Shown: piece after piece, positions 35,231 through 46,806 of the stretch | Layout: each line of letters opens with the position of its first letter | Numbering within the stretch: the stretch's first letter is position 1 | NCBI GenBank assembly: GCA_020184695.1 | Contig: JAANOX010000059.1 | Location: 1 to 64,000 of the forward strand | Reading direction: 5' to 3' | DNA from: Histomonas meleagridis 2922-C6/04-290x | Lineage: Eukaryota; Protista; Parabasalia | DNA: 64,000 nt | Notes under the pieces: model-generated | What the model saw: only the letters and a program-made list of their open reading frames with translations | Told to the model about the DNA's origin: nothing | The model's database searches: none | Made by a program: the position numbers and the translations under genes

Positions 35231-38200
35231 ATGCAAACACATGTGATTTGTGGTAAATTTCTGAGAGAAAAAAGTGACAATGTCATGCGTTTCTACAGTT
35301 CAAATAGTGTCAAAAAAAAATTCAGCATGGTAAACTATTCAATTCCAACAGCTGCAATTGCACAAATGTCCACTGATTGCATCAAGCAATTCATCGATGG
35401 TAACAGATCAATAATTGGTTCAACTATGCATGCTTTTAGCAAACCTAAAAAATCAAAGAGTTTGCATACTCTTTTTATATATGGAGTTTCAAATCGTGAA
35501 AAAGCACTCGCGTTAAATCGATTGTTTGCTACACCATATGCAGAAAGGCAAAACTTAAGCTATCTTTCCGTTTTACGTACCACTCAGATTTTGTTTATAT
35601 CATATGATAGCATTTATTATAACAACTATAACTCACTTTTAGCAGCTAACTTTGGCCTTTCATTTTGTGAAAAAACAATTTTCCTTGTCACTCCTGAAGA
35701 AGTTGATTCACTTCTTTATTATGAACAATTAAAAACATTACTCGATGGTGTTATTTTGGAATTGTTTTGTGGAACATCCAAAAAATTTGAAATTTCATTC
35801 ATTGTAGTTGAAAACAAATTCAATGATTCTAATATTGAAATGCAAATTTTATGGGATATCAAAGAAATCTGGGAAGAATATTCACAGCAACTTGAAATCC
35901 CACCGTTTGAAAAAGTTTTTCTCATCGAAATCTTTAGATCTCTTGGGATCTCACCAGGATTCTTATCATTAGATCTTGTTGAAACTAAACCATTTAGTTT
36001 TAATGTAGCAGCAAGCACATGGAATCGTATAATTCAAATACCCAAAGAAAAGATCTCATCTTTTAACATTAACTATGGATTTGCGCTTCGATTTTCTGAT
36101 AAGGACTTAACGGTCCCCCAAAAAGTGACAAACATCATTAGTATGTCAATTGGATATGAACATTTTGTTATAGCATCAACACGAGGTCTTTTTGCATATG
36201 GTAACAATCGTGAATCACAAATAGGTGATGCGCGAAAAATCTTTTTTGAAGAAATCATCGAAATCAAAATCACACATTTAAATGTAAAAATGGTTACTTG
36301 TGGGCATAACTTTACTGCCTATTTATTAAGTAATGGAAATGTATTATTACATTCACCAGAAACTTATAAAAGCGGCGGAATTGAATTTCATCCACCGATT
36401 CCAATGGTTTACATCAAAAGTGACTCGAAGACGTTAATTGGTATTGATCAAAGTGGACAACTTCATACATATTTTAATAATTTAGATGAAATTATCTCAA
36501 TACCGGTCGTTATTTATGATGCTGTTTGTTGTGGTAAAACAATTTATGCTTTAGGTATTGATGGTGCATTATTCAAAATCGAAGATAAAATAGCCACGAA
36601 TCATGTTATTAATGCCAAATATCAACTTTGGAGATTATTTGGATATGAGAAATATTTTGGTTTTATCGAAAGAGATGGAACATCAAAAATCTATAATTCC
36701 AAAAACAAATTATTTTTAACACAAAATGATATCATTAATATTGGTATTGGGTCCAAATTCGTCTTAATGATAAACAAAGATCGGTTACTTGTTTGTTATG
36801 GCAAGAACAATTCTAATCAATTATTATATGATAAAAAAACATCAAAAGTTAAAACGCCGAAAATGTTTAAATTAACGGACTTCAAACCATCGACGGTTAT
36901 CACTGGTGAAAACGATACGATTGTTATCGGAAACACATTCAAAATTCCACATCAAGCGATGCGATATTTTGGAGTAACAGATTTCATTGATAAAAATCCA
37001 CGAAAGTTCCGAGTTAAATCGTTTTTAAGGAAATATGACTCGATCTCCACACCATTAGTATATCTTAAAGTGTGTAATAAAGAGCCAAAGTTATCACAGA
37101 AACTCAAACATTTTGGTGAATCATTAGAAACAGCGATAATTTCATGTATATCATTTCAAGACAATGACAAATTAATTGACGAAATCTTTGATACTGAATT
37201 TGAAGATAATTCACAATATCCAATTAGTTTAAGTTATGACAAAGACAAAGCGTTAACAATATTAAACACACACGAAGAGAACAATAATGTCTCCAAACTC
37301 TCATATTTCACAATTGGGGCCAGTGAAATCTCATTTATCTTTCTCAATGACAATGACATTAACATTATGAATAACTTAAGTAAATTTGTACCAATTAATA
37401 ACAAACGGTATAAATTTGTGTTAATATTTCTTAATCAAAAGAATCCAATTATCGACACGCAAAAATATGTGAAAATTATTCAAAAGAATTTCGGAAGAGA
37501 ACAATATGAAAATCAAATCGATTTACAAATATTACCATCGAATTGTGAAACCATTCGAAACAAACTCAAAATGTTAATGAAAGATTTGAACTTAAATGAA
37601 ATCAAAAACTTATTCACATATTTTAATGAGAAACTTTTAAGTTATAGAGCCATTTTCCAACATGAACTTAAATTTATGAATGAAATCACAAAACCGAATT
37701 TAATATTTTCTGATAATTTAACATTAGACATAACACCAATTGATATTAAATCCATTGGATTAGGATTAAATCATTTAATATTAATCTATAAAAAGAATTT
37801 AATATATGTAATCGGTGATGATACAAACTTTCAAATTGGTACAAAAGAAAGAAAAAGATATGAAAACTTAACAGAAATAAAATTCGACAAATTAAATAAT
37901 CGAACAATTAAACGAGTTTTTTGTGGAGATAATTATTCATTATATTTATTATCTGATGGATCATTAATGTTATGTTCAATTGATTGTAATTATGAACCTT
38001 ATTTCATTAAGTTTAAGTCACCTGTTGTATATATTTCTGGTTCACCATTAAATCCTTGTTGTATTGATTTAAATGGAGAAATACATTTATTTAAAGGAAA
38101 ATCGACTTTTAAGTTTAACTTCCCTGAAAGACCTATAGATATTTCATTTTCGAAGAATTATACATTTGTATTAACTGAAAAAGGTGAATGTTATATATCA

Positions 38201-40450
38201 AAGAATTATAGTTCATTTCAAAAGTTCAAAAATTTCACCGAAATTCCCATCAAAAGAGTATTTGGACTATATAAACATTTAGGTTTCATCACTGAAAATG
38301 GAAAAGCTTTCATTACTGGTTGGACAGAAGATAAATTACCATATAAAAACGAATTAATTAGTTCGGATTATTTCTTTGAAATTCGATATTCGAATGATAC
38401 ATTTAAAGAAATACATTTTGGACAAAATTTTGTTATTTTGTTAACAGAAGATAATAAAATGTATGCATTAGGTTCAAATAGTAATGGACAATTATTACCA
38501 TGTTATGATAATTCATCGAAAACTATACAATTGAAAGCTAAAGTTAATAATATAATTAGTTTTAGTACTAAAACTATTTTCATGATAAATAATATTAATA
38601 CATTAAAACGATTTGTAACTTATAATACAAATATAATAAATCAATATATACCTAAAGAAGAAGTCAAAACATTTAATGATATTAATACATTTATATCAAC
38701 AACAATACGTAATGCACATGTAATTAACGTCGATAAAAATGATAAATATTATTTCAGTAATGATTCAAATGTCAAAGTTTATGGATGTGGTGATAATACT
38801 TATAAACAAATATGTAATAATGAAATTAAAGATAAACCTTATTTAATGCCAATTAATTATGATAATATATTAAATATTACTGCAGGTAATAATCATTCAG
38901 TGTTTTTATATAAAAATAATACAATTTTGGTGATCGGTGATGATAATAAAAATAAAATTGGAACAAACAAAAATAAAATATTTAATGATTACGTAAAAAT
39001 AGAATTCGAAAATTATATAATCCAAAATGTTAAATGTGGTGATAATTATACTTTATACTTAACAACAAATAATGAATTAATATATTGTTCAATATATTCT
39101 TCGCAACCTCAAATATTTAAATTACCAACAAAAATTATTTATCTTTCAACAAGTGCTAAAACATTTTGTGCTATTGATTCAAATGGAGATTTATATATGA
39201 ACGTAACTAATACACAAGTACAAAAATATAAATTCCCTTGTAAAGTATATGACGTAGCATCAAATATGAACTTAACTATCGTAATAACTATTGACGGAAA
39301 AGCATATAAAATTGTCGATGATAAAATTCAACTGATCAATGAATTATCAAATTATATTTGTAATTACGTATTCGGTTATTATCAACATATAGCTGTGTTA
39401 ACGAATGGTGGACAAGTGTTTATGTGCGGAGAAAATAATAACTTGCAACTTGGAACAGAAACAATATTTAATATTAATTTCGAAGAATGTAAGTTCTTAA
39501 GTTCCTTGAAAATAGAAACAATGGCATTGGGTAAGGATTTCAGTTTGTTCATTACAAAAGATAACAGAGTGTTCGGTTGCGGATCAAATAAATTACATCA
39601 ATTGTTTTTGTTCGATGAAACTAATGCCGAAAATTTACCAAAAAGTATCAAATTCTTTAACGATTTGACACCGAATGATATAATTTCTGGTTCACAACAT
39701 TCATTTATCATTTGTAATAATTTGCCGTTGAAACATTTGGGGTTGAATTACTTCTTAAATCAAAACTTGACTGACTTTAGCATAAATAACTTCGTTGTGA
39801 CAAACCAAATAGGAAATGGTATCCTTGGGAAAACTTTTCGAATTTACCATAAGGAAAACGGTTTGATTTTATCGGCGAAGTTTTTGAATAACGTTACACA
39901 AGGATTGAGAAACCAGATTTTGTATTTGGCAAAGTTACTTCATCCGTGCGTATTGAAATATTACGGTTGCGACTTCAATTTCAGCAATTCAAATGTGTTG
40001 TATTCAATGTATAGAATCGAGGGATCGTTAAAGGATTCGTTAAGCAAATTGAATAGCACTCAAAAAGTCATAAATTTGATCGGCGTCGCTTTTGGTTTAC
40101 GGTTTTTGCATCGGTTTAATATAATTCATGGTAACTTGAAATGTTCAAATGTAATGCTGAATTCACAAAGATTCCCAATGATATCTGATTATGGTTTAGT
40201 ATCAGGAACTATTAGAAATGACTTAATCCAGTTTTCTTATATGTTCGAAGAAATCATTGGTACGAATTCTGAGTTTAGTGAAGAGTTCATTAGATACTGT
40301 CAAACAGATCCAAACGCTTCGTTTGATAATATCATTAGAATGATCTTGAAATATATTAATGATATTGCATCGAATGTGAATGTGGATATGGTAAAGTCTT
40401 ATTGTAACAGTGTCATATATTATGAAAATAAATTATTCGGTAACAAATAA
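35231..40450 (+). CDS. Large multidomain protein: RCC1-like repeat blocks plus a C-terminal pseudokinase
   Basis: Three RCC1-like blocks (GYEHFV..., AYGNNRESQIG, CGDNYSLYL, GKDFSLFIT). The kinase-like tail has IGNGILGKT, HPCVLKYYG, IIHGNLKCSN and SDYGL. Confidence 0.85.
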   Translation: MQTHVICGKFLREKSDNVMRFYSSNSVKKKFSMVNYSIPTAAIAQMSTDCIKQFIDGNRSIIGSTMHAFSKPKKSKSLHTLFIYGVSNREKALALNRLFATPYAERQNLSYLSVLRTTQILFISYDSIYYNNYNSLLAANFGLSFCEKTIFLVTPEEVDSLLYYEQLKTLLDGVILELFCGTSKKFEISFIVVENKFNDSNIEMQILWDIKEIWEEYSQQLEIPPFEKVFLIEIFRSLGISPGFLSLDLVETKPFSFNVAASTWNRIIQIPKEKISSFNINYGFALRFSDKDLTVPQKVTNIISMSIGYEHFVIASTRGLFAYGNNRESQIGDARKIFFEEIIEIKITHLNVKMVTCGHNFTAYLLSNGNVLLHSPETYKSGGIEFHPPIPMVYIKSDSKTLIGIDQSGQLHTYFNNLDEIISIPVVIYDAVCCGKTIYALGIDGALFKIEDKIATNHVINAKYQLWRLFGYEKYFGFIERDGTSKIYNSKNKLFLTQNDIINIGIGSKFVLMINKDRLLVCYGKNNSNQLLYDKKTSKVKTPKMFKLTDFKPSTVITGENDTIVIGNTFKIPHQAMRYFGVTDFIDKNPRKFRVKSFLRKYDSISTPLVYLKVCNKEPKLSQKLKHFGESLETAIISCISFQDNDKLIDEIFDTEFEDNSQYPISLSYDKDKALTILNTHEENNNVSKLSYFTIGASEISFIFLNDNDINIMNNLSKFVPINNKRYKFVLIFLNQKNPIIDTQKYVKIIQKNFGREQYENQIDLQILPSNCETIRNKLKMLMKDLNLNEIKNLFTYFNEKLLSYRAIFQHELKFMNEITKPNLIFSDNLTLDITPIDIKSIGLGLNHLILIYKKNLIYVIGDDTNFQIGTKERKRYENLTEIKFDKLNNRTIKRVFCGDNYSLYLLSDGSLMLCSIDCNYEPYFIKFKSPVVYISGSPLNPCCIDLNGEIHLFKGKSTFKFNFPERPIDISFSKNYTFVLTEKGECYISKNYSSFQKFKNFTEIPIKRVFGLYKHLGFITENGKAFITGWTEDKLPYKNELISSDYFFEIRYSNDTFKEIHFGQNFVILLTEDNKMYALGSNSNGQLLPCYDNSSKTIQLKAKVNNIISFSTKTIFMINNINTLKRFVTYNTNIINQYIPKEEVKTFNDINTFISTTIRNAHVINVDKNDKYYFSNDSNVKVYGCGDNTYKQICNNEIKDKPYLMPINYDNILNITAGNNHSVFLYKNNTILVIGDDNKNKIGTNKNKIFNDYVKIEFENYIIQNVKCGDNYTLYLTTNNELIYCSIYSSQPQIFKLPTKIIYLSTSAKTFCAIDSNGDLYMNVTNTQVQKYKFPCKVYDVASNMNLTIVITIDGKAYKIVDDKIQLINELSNYICNYVFGYYQHIAVLTNGGQVFMCGENNNLQLGTETIFNINFEECKFLSSLKIETMALGKDFSLFITKDNRVFGCGSNKLHQLFLFDETNAENLPKSIKFFNDLTPNDIISGSQHSFIICNNLPLKHLGLNYFLNQNLTDFSINNFVVTNQIGNGILGKTFRIYHKENGLILSAKFLNNVTQGLRNQILYLAKLLHPCVLKYYGCDFNFSNSNVLYSMYRIEGSLKDSLSKLNSTQKVINLIGVAFGLRFLHRFNIIHGNLKCSNVMLNSQRFPMISDYGLVSGTIRNDLIQFSYMFEEIIGTNSEFSEEFIRYCQTDPNASFDNIIRMILKYINDIASNVNVDMVKSYCNSVIYYENKLFGNK

Positions 40451-40806
40451 ATAAAAAATTATTTAGTAATAAATTTAAATTTATTGGACAAAATGAGGTG
40501 AAAAAGGTTTATCCCAAATTAAAAATAAAAAAAAGTTTCAAATTTCACTTTTTGAATTAAAAACGATAAAACAAAAAGTTTTACGATATAACTTTCTATA
40601 CAACGATGCGTTTTTGTATGGGATTTCATTACACTTTTTGAGCGTAATTCTATCAAAGCCGATCGAAAAGTGCACCTTTGAAATTCATTTTTGATAAATT
40701 TTATTCAATAAAACATTGCTTTTCTTGTGAATCGTGGTATTGAAGTAATTCAACAATTTCTGTGGATCCATTAGAAGTTGCCGTATCAAGTAATGACAGA
40801 AAAAAT

Positions 40807-42360
40807 TTAATTAATTTTGAAAAAATAGTTTGATACAAATAATCCAGTTTTAGTCTTTATATTGTCTTGTTCAAGTAATAATTTAACTATCTCTGCTTGT
40901 CTATTTTCAACCGCATACATAAGTGGTGTATAATATAATATTATTTTGAAATATAAAATTATTAAAACAAATATTGAACAAAACAAATAAATATCTTTAG
41001 CATTAACTTTGGTTCTTTTATGTTCAAGAAGTAATTTAATTGCTTCTATTTTATTGGCTTGAACCGCACAAATAAGTGGAGTCTGAAATAATTTAAATAA
41101 TTTCCAAATATTATTTTGAAATATAAAATCACCAAAACGAATTTTATTTAAAGCAAATAAATATCTTTAGCATTAACATCAATTCCTTTTTGTTCAAGAA
41201 GTAATTTAACTATATCTGTATAACCTCTATCAGATGCCCATATAAGTGCTGTACTAAATAATTTAAATGATTTCCAAATATTATTTTCAAATTTTAAATT
41301 GTTAAAATAAATTCTAAATAAAATAAATAATTACCTTTAACATTAATATTAATTCCTTCTTGTTCAAGAAGTAATTTAACTATATCTGTATAACCTCTAT
41401 CAGATGCCCATATAAGTGCTGTACTAAATAATTTAAATGATTTCCAAATATTATTTTGAAATTTCAAATTATTAAAATAAATAATAAACAAAACGAATAA
41501 ATATCTTTTGAATTAATATCAATTCCTTCTTGTTCAAGAAGTAATTTGACGATTTCTGTACGATGATTATCAGTTGCTAACATAAGTGCTGTTTTAAAAA
41601 ATATAAATAATTTCCAAATATTATTTTGAAATTTCAAATTATTAATAGAAATATTATCTTTAGCATTAATATCAATTCCTTCTTGTTCAAGAAGTAATTT
41701 AACTAATTCTATATGACCTTTATCAGATGCAATCATAAGCGCTGTTTGAAATAATTTAAATAATTTCCAAATATTATTTTGAAATATGATATTATTAAAA
41801 CAAATTCTAAATAAAATATATAAATTTCTTTTGAATTAATATCAATTCCTTCTTGTTCAAGAAGTAATTTAGCTATTTCGATATATCCTTTATCAGATGC
41901 CCAAATAAGTGCTGTATTAAATATTTTAAATAATTTTCAAATGTTTTTTTGAAATATAAAATTATTAAAATAAAAACTAAATAAAACAAATAAATGTCGA
42001 TAACATTAATATCAATTCCTTTTTGTTCAAGAAGTAATTTAACTATTTCTGTATAACCTTTCATAGATGCAACTATTAGTGCTGTTTGAAATAATTTAAA
42101 TAATTTCTGAATATTATTTTGAAATAGAAAATTATCAAAACAAATATTAAATAATACAAATAAATACCTATAACATTGATATCAATTTCCTTTTGTTCAA
42201 GAAGCAATTTAACGATTTCTGTATAACCATATGAAGATGCTTCTATAAGTGCTGTTTGAAATAATTTGAATAATTTCTAAATATTATTTTGAAATAAAAA
42301 ATTATTAAAATAAATATTAAATAAAACAAATAAATACATGTGGCATTAATATCAATTCCT
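40807..42360 (-). repeat. 170-nt period ankyrin array 2 (nine units)
   Basis: Thr codons at 42253, 42083, 41913, 41743, 41590, 41420, 41250, 41080 and 40927; intervals are 170 nt except two of 153 nt. Confidence 0.95.
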
Positions 42361-43478
42361 TCTTGTTCAAGAAGTAATTTAATTATTTCGATATTTCCTT
42401 GTTTTATTAAATTCGGTAAAAAATAATTTGGAGTTTGATGAGTTTCTGTAAATGTTTTTATGATAAACGCATTACCATTTTCTGCTGACATTTTTGCTAT
42501 TTGTTCGTTTATTTTCATTCCTTTTTCTTCTAAAAATGAAAAAAGAATATAATTATCATATTTAATACACTCAATTCCTAGATTTGATAAATCTTCTATT
42601 TCATTAATTTTATTTTCATAAAGATATTTAAAGATTTCATTTTGATGATATTGAATTGCTGTTTCATATGCATCTTCAAAAGATGAATGATTTTGTTCAC
42701 ATAAATGAATAATTTCTTCATTTCCACCTGCAATTGCATATTTGCCTGTATTATTTACTTTTGCACCATTCATAAGTAAATATTTAAAACATTTTACTGC
42801 TGAAAAAAATGCTGCATAATCAATTAATGTAACATTATCTTTATTTATAAATGAACATCTTTCATAAAGTGATGGTTCAATTATATGATTAATATCAAAA
42901 TTTGGTTGTGATGATTTTTCTTGAAGTTTTTCTATATCATCATTTCGAATTATTTTTGAGATTTCATCTAAATTAACTCCTTCTTCAACATATTTCTTAT
43001 GAAGTTCAAAATCATTCCTTGAAAATTCTTCATAATTTCTGATAAGAAGAGAAGAAAATTTGTTTTTTTCATTATTTTTATAACGCCATAAATATTTATC
43101 TTGAATATTTTTAAAGGTATACGAATTAATTAAATTTCGTTCAAGCATTTTTACAAGAACATAATGTGACTCTTCTGAAATTGAATTGATGAGATTATTT
43201 ATAAAAAGATCAATTACTGAAGGGACTATTTCGTCGTTTTCTTCAATTTTTATTAGGTAATCAAGTAATAAGTTAACATCTAAATGTTGTGATATAAAAG
43301 ATGAATAAAAATATCTTGGTATCATATAAATAATCGATTTTGGGAAACATGTAGGTGTTGACAAAAGTTGAAATATTGATCCAACAGATAATCCTAGGTT
43401 TTCTTGATCTAAATTAAATATAATTGTTTCAAGGTCTAAAAGAATTTGATATGTTATTTGAGTAGATTTCAAATTCAC
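40807..43478 (-). CDS. DUF3447/ankyrin-repeat gene with interrupted ankyrin array 2; start codon unresolved
   Basis: ORF 42243-43478 (GTG start; no in-frame upstream ATG found) carries the family motifs, followed by nine ankyrin segments ending in TAA at 40807-40809. Continuous coding requires removal of the spacers. Confidence 0.6.
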
Positions 43479-43779
43479 AATTATGTATTTTAAAAAGTGT
43501 CAGAGCTTCACCTCACATTTGTTTATATAAACGGTCGTTTCTGAAGAACAAGCTTTTTTTCAACATGCTGCTGTATATATATTTAATTATATTTAGTCAT
43601 GATACAATGAAGTTTACAATAGTTGTAATTTTATTAGATTTTTATACTAAAAATGATCCACCATTATTAGCAAATTTAAATTATATAAAAATTTTTAATA
43701 TTTTTTTTCCATTTTTAAGAGAGAGCTTCATGATCCGGTGTTCAAAAAAAATTTGTGGGAAATAAAAAAGTCATTCGAT

Positions 43780-44391
43780 TTAATTATTCAAAACTGCTGC
43801 TTCTATACAATATTTAATAGCATTGGTAATTGTATCTAAAGGCATTGATGGTACCTTTCCTGGTCTATTTTCTACTTGTTCAGTTGAAAATGGAACATGA
43901 ATAAAACCAGCACGAGATTTTGGATATTGCTTATTTAAAATGTACAAAACATTGTACATAAGTGCGTTACATACATAAGTTCCTGCTGAAAATGAAACAC
44001 GACATGGGATTTTGTGATCAATCACATTTTGAATCATGGCATCAACTGGAACTGTGGCATTATATGCCATCTCTCCATCCTCTCTTAAGGGCGTTCCATT
44101 TGGCTGTTCACCATCGTTATCTGGAATTGAAGCTTGTGCGATATTAACAGCAACTCTTTCAACAGCAATATGAGAATATCCACCAGCTTGTCCTACACTA
44201 ATTATTATATCTGGTTTATATTGATTTATAGCTTTTTCTATTACAGTTGTAGATCTTGAAAAAACTACGGGAACTTCTAATTTAATGATTTCAGCACCTG
44301 CAATTTCACCTGGAAGTAATTTTACTGCTTCTAAAGCAGGGTTCATTTTTTCTCCTCCAAATGGCTCAAAACCAGTGACTAAAACTTTCAT
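43780..44391 (-). CDS. pcp: Pyroglutamyl-peptidase I (peptidase C15), 203 aa
   Basis: MKVLVTGFEPFGGEKMNPA start, GQAGG, ERVAVN (Glu), SAGTYVCN (Cys) and GFIHVP (His). Confidence 0.93.
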   Translation of the reverse strand: MKVLVTGFEPFGGEKMNPALEAVKLLPGEIAGAEIIKLEVPVVFSRSTTVIEKAINQYKPDIIISVGQAGGYSHIAVERVAVNIAQASIPDNDGEQPNGTPLREDGEMAYNATVPVDAMIQNVIDHKIPCRVSFSAGTYVCNALMYNVLYILNKQYPKSRAGFIHVPFSTEQVENRPGKVPSMPLDTITNAIKYCIEAAVLNN

Positions 44392-44502
44392 TTTGTGGCA
44401 TTTTTGAAGACGATACAGATTATTAACGTACATCACATCCCAGTTTTTCAAATATTTACAAAACCGCTGAATTATTCTAACAAATTTGGCAGTTCTCAAA
44501 TC

Positions 44503-46098
44503 ATGTCTGAGCTTTCTTCTAAGCTTTGCCTGAACTGGGAAGTATTTGAACTTGCTGCAATCCCAACATTTTGCACAACCGAAATATCTCTGGAGAAAAT
44601 TAGACGCTTTGCACAAAATTTCGAAGATTTAACAGATATTCTTCCATTCAAAAAATTTAAGGATACAGTATCACAAATCTTCAAGTTTAATGAAAATCAA
44701 GTCCAAGCAATATACTCTACCCTTACATGCTTCATAACAAAAGATGCAAATGAAGCTCTTCTTCAATCTCAATTATATCTTGCAGATCCATCATGCTTAC
44801 CATCACATACACTAAGGGTTACTGATATGCTTTGTTTCTTGTTTGCTTTACTTGTCAAGAAAAAATTCAGAGGTGTATCTGAAATATCAAATTTGGAAGC
44901 ATTCCCATCAAAGTCAATCCCAAAGTTATCGCCCATGAGCTCTAGACTTTCTGCGTCTGATACTTCTGTTACTCGTGTTATGACATTAAAGTCACCATTA
45001 AAATCTCGACAAGAACATTCACCGTTACAACTTATGTTAAGGTATTTCCTCAAAGAATTTCCACAGTTCTTACAGTTATATGCTCCAAAGGGTTTAACGA
45101 AGATTCATCTCCAATCATTATCATTTTTAATTATTGCATGGATAGGCCCAAGCTACAACCACAGGTTTTCTGACCTCATTGTTGCCTTGGACCTCCTCCA
45201 AGATTGTGAAATAGAGTCCACTGCTAAATTTGAACATCTTGTATACGCGTTACTTAGCATACTAAAAGAGTCCGATCTCCGAGATACAGCCTTTACGTCA
45301 CCAGTAGCGTACCGTCCTTCACCTCCTCGTGCTGTTCAAGATCTAGAAACTGATCAAACAATTATTCTCGATAAGCCGATTCTCATCGAAAAGAGGTCTC
45401 AACACTATGAATTTGTTGATCCTTCTTCTCCATGTGAAGTTTTTATCCATGATTGTCGTCATTCCACAATTTATATTTGTGGACCAGTTTCATGTGTTTT
45501 CATTAGCAATTGTAAGGACTCCACTGTATTTGTTGGAGCAGCTACATGTGTTCATATGTCATATGGACTTAATAATAAGGTCATTGCTGCATCTCGTATG
45601 GTTCATCTTGATGCATGTACTCGTTGTACTTCATATCTTCTTACTAACACAAAGCCACTCCTTACTGGAAACTGTACCCGTATTACTTTGGCCCCTTATA
45701 ACGCCCTCTATACAAAGTTTGGGCTTGACATTCTTTCAATTGGAATTAATCCGCAACTCAATTTCTGGGGTGACCCAATTGTGATGGGGTCCCTCGGGGT
45801 GTCCCAATTCGAGAAGATGGCACCCGAACGGTTCAGTCTGTTTTCGGTTGTATTCAATTGGGAAAAAACCGCTTCTGTAATTAACCCAATAATACCACCT
45901 GAATATCTTCAGGGATTAGAAAATAAGAGAAAGAAGATATTATCGTTGAAGGCAGATTTGGATCGAATTAAAGAAAAAAGTCCTGATTTATTTAATAAGT
46001 TGGTCCAAGAATTTAAGAATTATTCAAACAAATTAGTTGCTGATGAAGGAGTTATGCAACAAGCGAATTGGCTTTATACTTTATTCCAAGAAGAATAA
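44503..46098 (+). CDS. TBCC-domain protein (TBCCD1-like)
   Basis: C-CAP/cofactor C beta-helix (IHDCRHSTIYICGP...TKPLLTGNCTRITLAPYN...NFWGDP); likely ATG 44503. Confidence 0.8.
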   Translation: MSELSSKLCLNWEVFELAAIPTFCTTEISLEKIRRFAQNFEDLTDILPFKKFKDTVSQIFKFNENQVQAIYSTLTCFITKDANEALLQSQLYLADPSCLPSHTLRVTDMLCFLFALLVKKKFRGVSEISNLEAFPSKSIPKLSPMSSRLSASDTSVTRVMTLKSPLKSRQEHSPLQLMLRYFLKEFPQFLQLYAPKGLTKIHLQSLSFLIIAWIGPSYNHRFSDLIVALDLLQDCEIESTAKFEHLVYALLSILKESDLRDTAFTSPVAYRPSPPRAVQDLETDQTIILDKPILIEKRSQHYEFVDPSSPCEVFIHDCRHSTIYICGPVSCVFISNCKDSTVFVGAATCVHMSYGLNNKVIAASRMVHLDACTRCTSYLLTNTKPLLTGNCTRITLAPYNALYTKFGLDILSIGINPQLNFWGDPIVMGSLGVSQFEKMAPERFSLFSVVFNWEKTASVINPIIPPEYLQGLENKRKKILSLKADLDRIKEKSPDLFNKLVQEFKNYSNKLVADEGVMQQANWLYTLFQEE

Positions 46099-46272
46099 AT
46101 ATATTTGTGTATTTTGGAATGAAATCATATGAAATAATAAATCCCAATCTTTGCTTCTAAATATGAATTTGCATGAAAAATATTTTTGTTTGGGTGTGGA
46201 TTTAATCTTTTGTTCATCTTGAATTTTCTCGAGAAATGAAAATTTTTTTTGAAATTGACTTACTTTGGTTAG

Positions 46273-46677
46273 ATGGAATTTCCGGACGAATTTACTTCAT
46301 TTTGGTCTGCAATCGTTAATCCAGAAACAAAATGTTATGTAGAAGTGCCACAAGGTACTGAATGTTATTTGACGACGGCTTGCGTTGGACAAGATGATAT
46401 TCGTCCTGATGAAGGAAAGTTATCTCTTTTCGCTAAAGTTAATAATAATGCAGATTTTTTACTAGTAACATTCATTTTAAATACCTACGAAAGTACATCA
46501 TTGGATTTGAAGTTTGGAGAAAATGATATAATTTTATTTCATACTTCAGGTTTAAATGTTCCTATTCATATTTCTGGGTACATTACTGGTGGGTTTCACA
46601 TAGATGTCAGAGAAATTAATAATTCATATGCTGAAAGCCAAAAACATCCAAATATCCGATTAATCGAGAAAAATTAA
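46273..46677 (+). CDS. Nucleoplasmin-like (NPL) domain protein
   Basis: FWSAIV start, YLTTACV, SLDLKF and PIHISGY are characteristic of the NPL fold. Confidence 0.78.
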   Translation: MEFPDEFTSFWSAIVNPETKCYVEVPQGTECYLTTACVGQDDIRPDEGKLSLFAKVNNNADFLLVTFILNTYESTSLDLKFGENDIILFHTSGLNVPIHISGYITGGFHIDVREINNSYAESQKHPNIRLIEKN

Positions 46678-46806
46678 ATGCTTTTCGATGTTTTTTTTCA
46701 ATCGCCTTGTAGAATGTATGTACAGTTTTTTCTGATCACAATGTTAAATAAAATTTTATCTAATAATTTTAATTTATTCACCTTATAACTACTGTTTTGA
46801 ACACAC

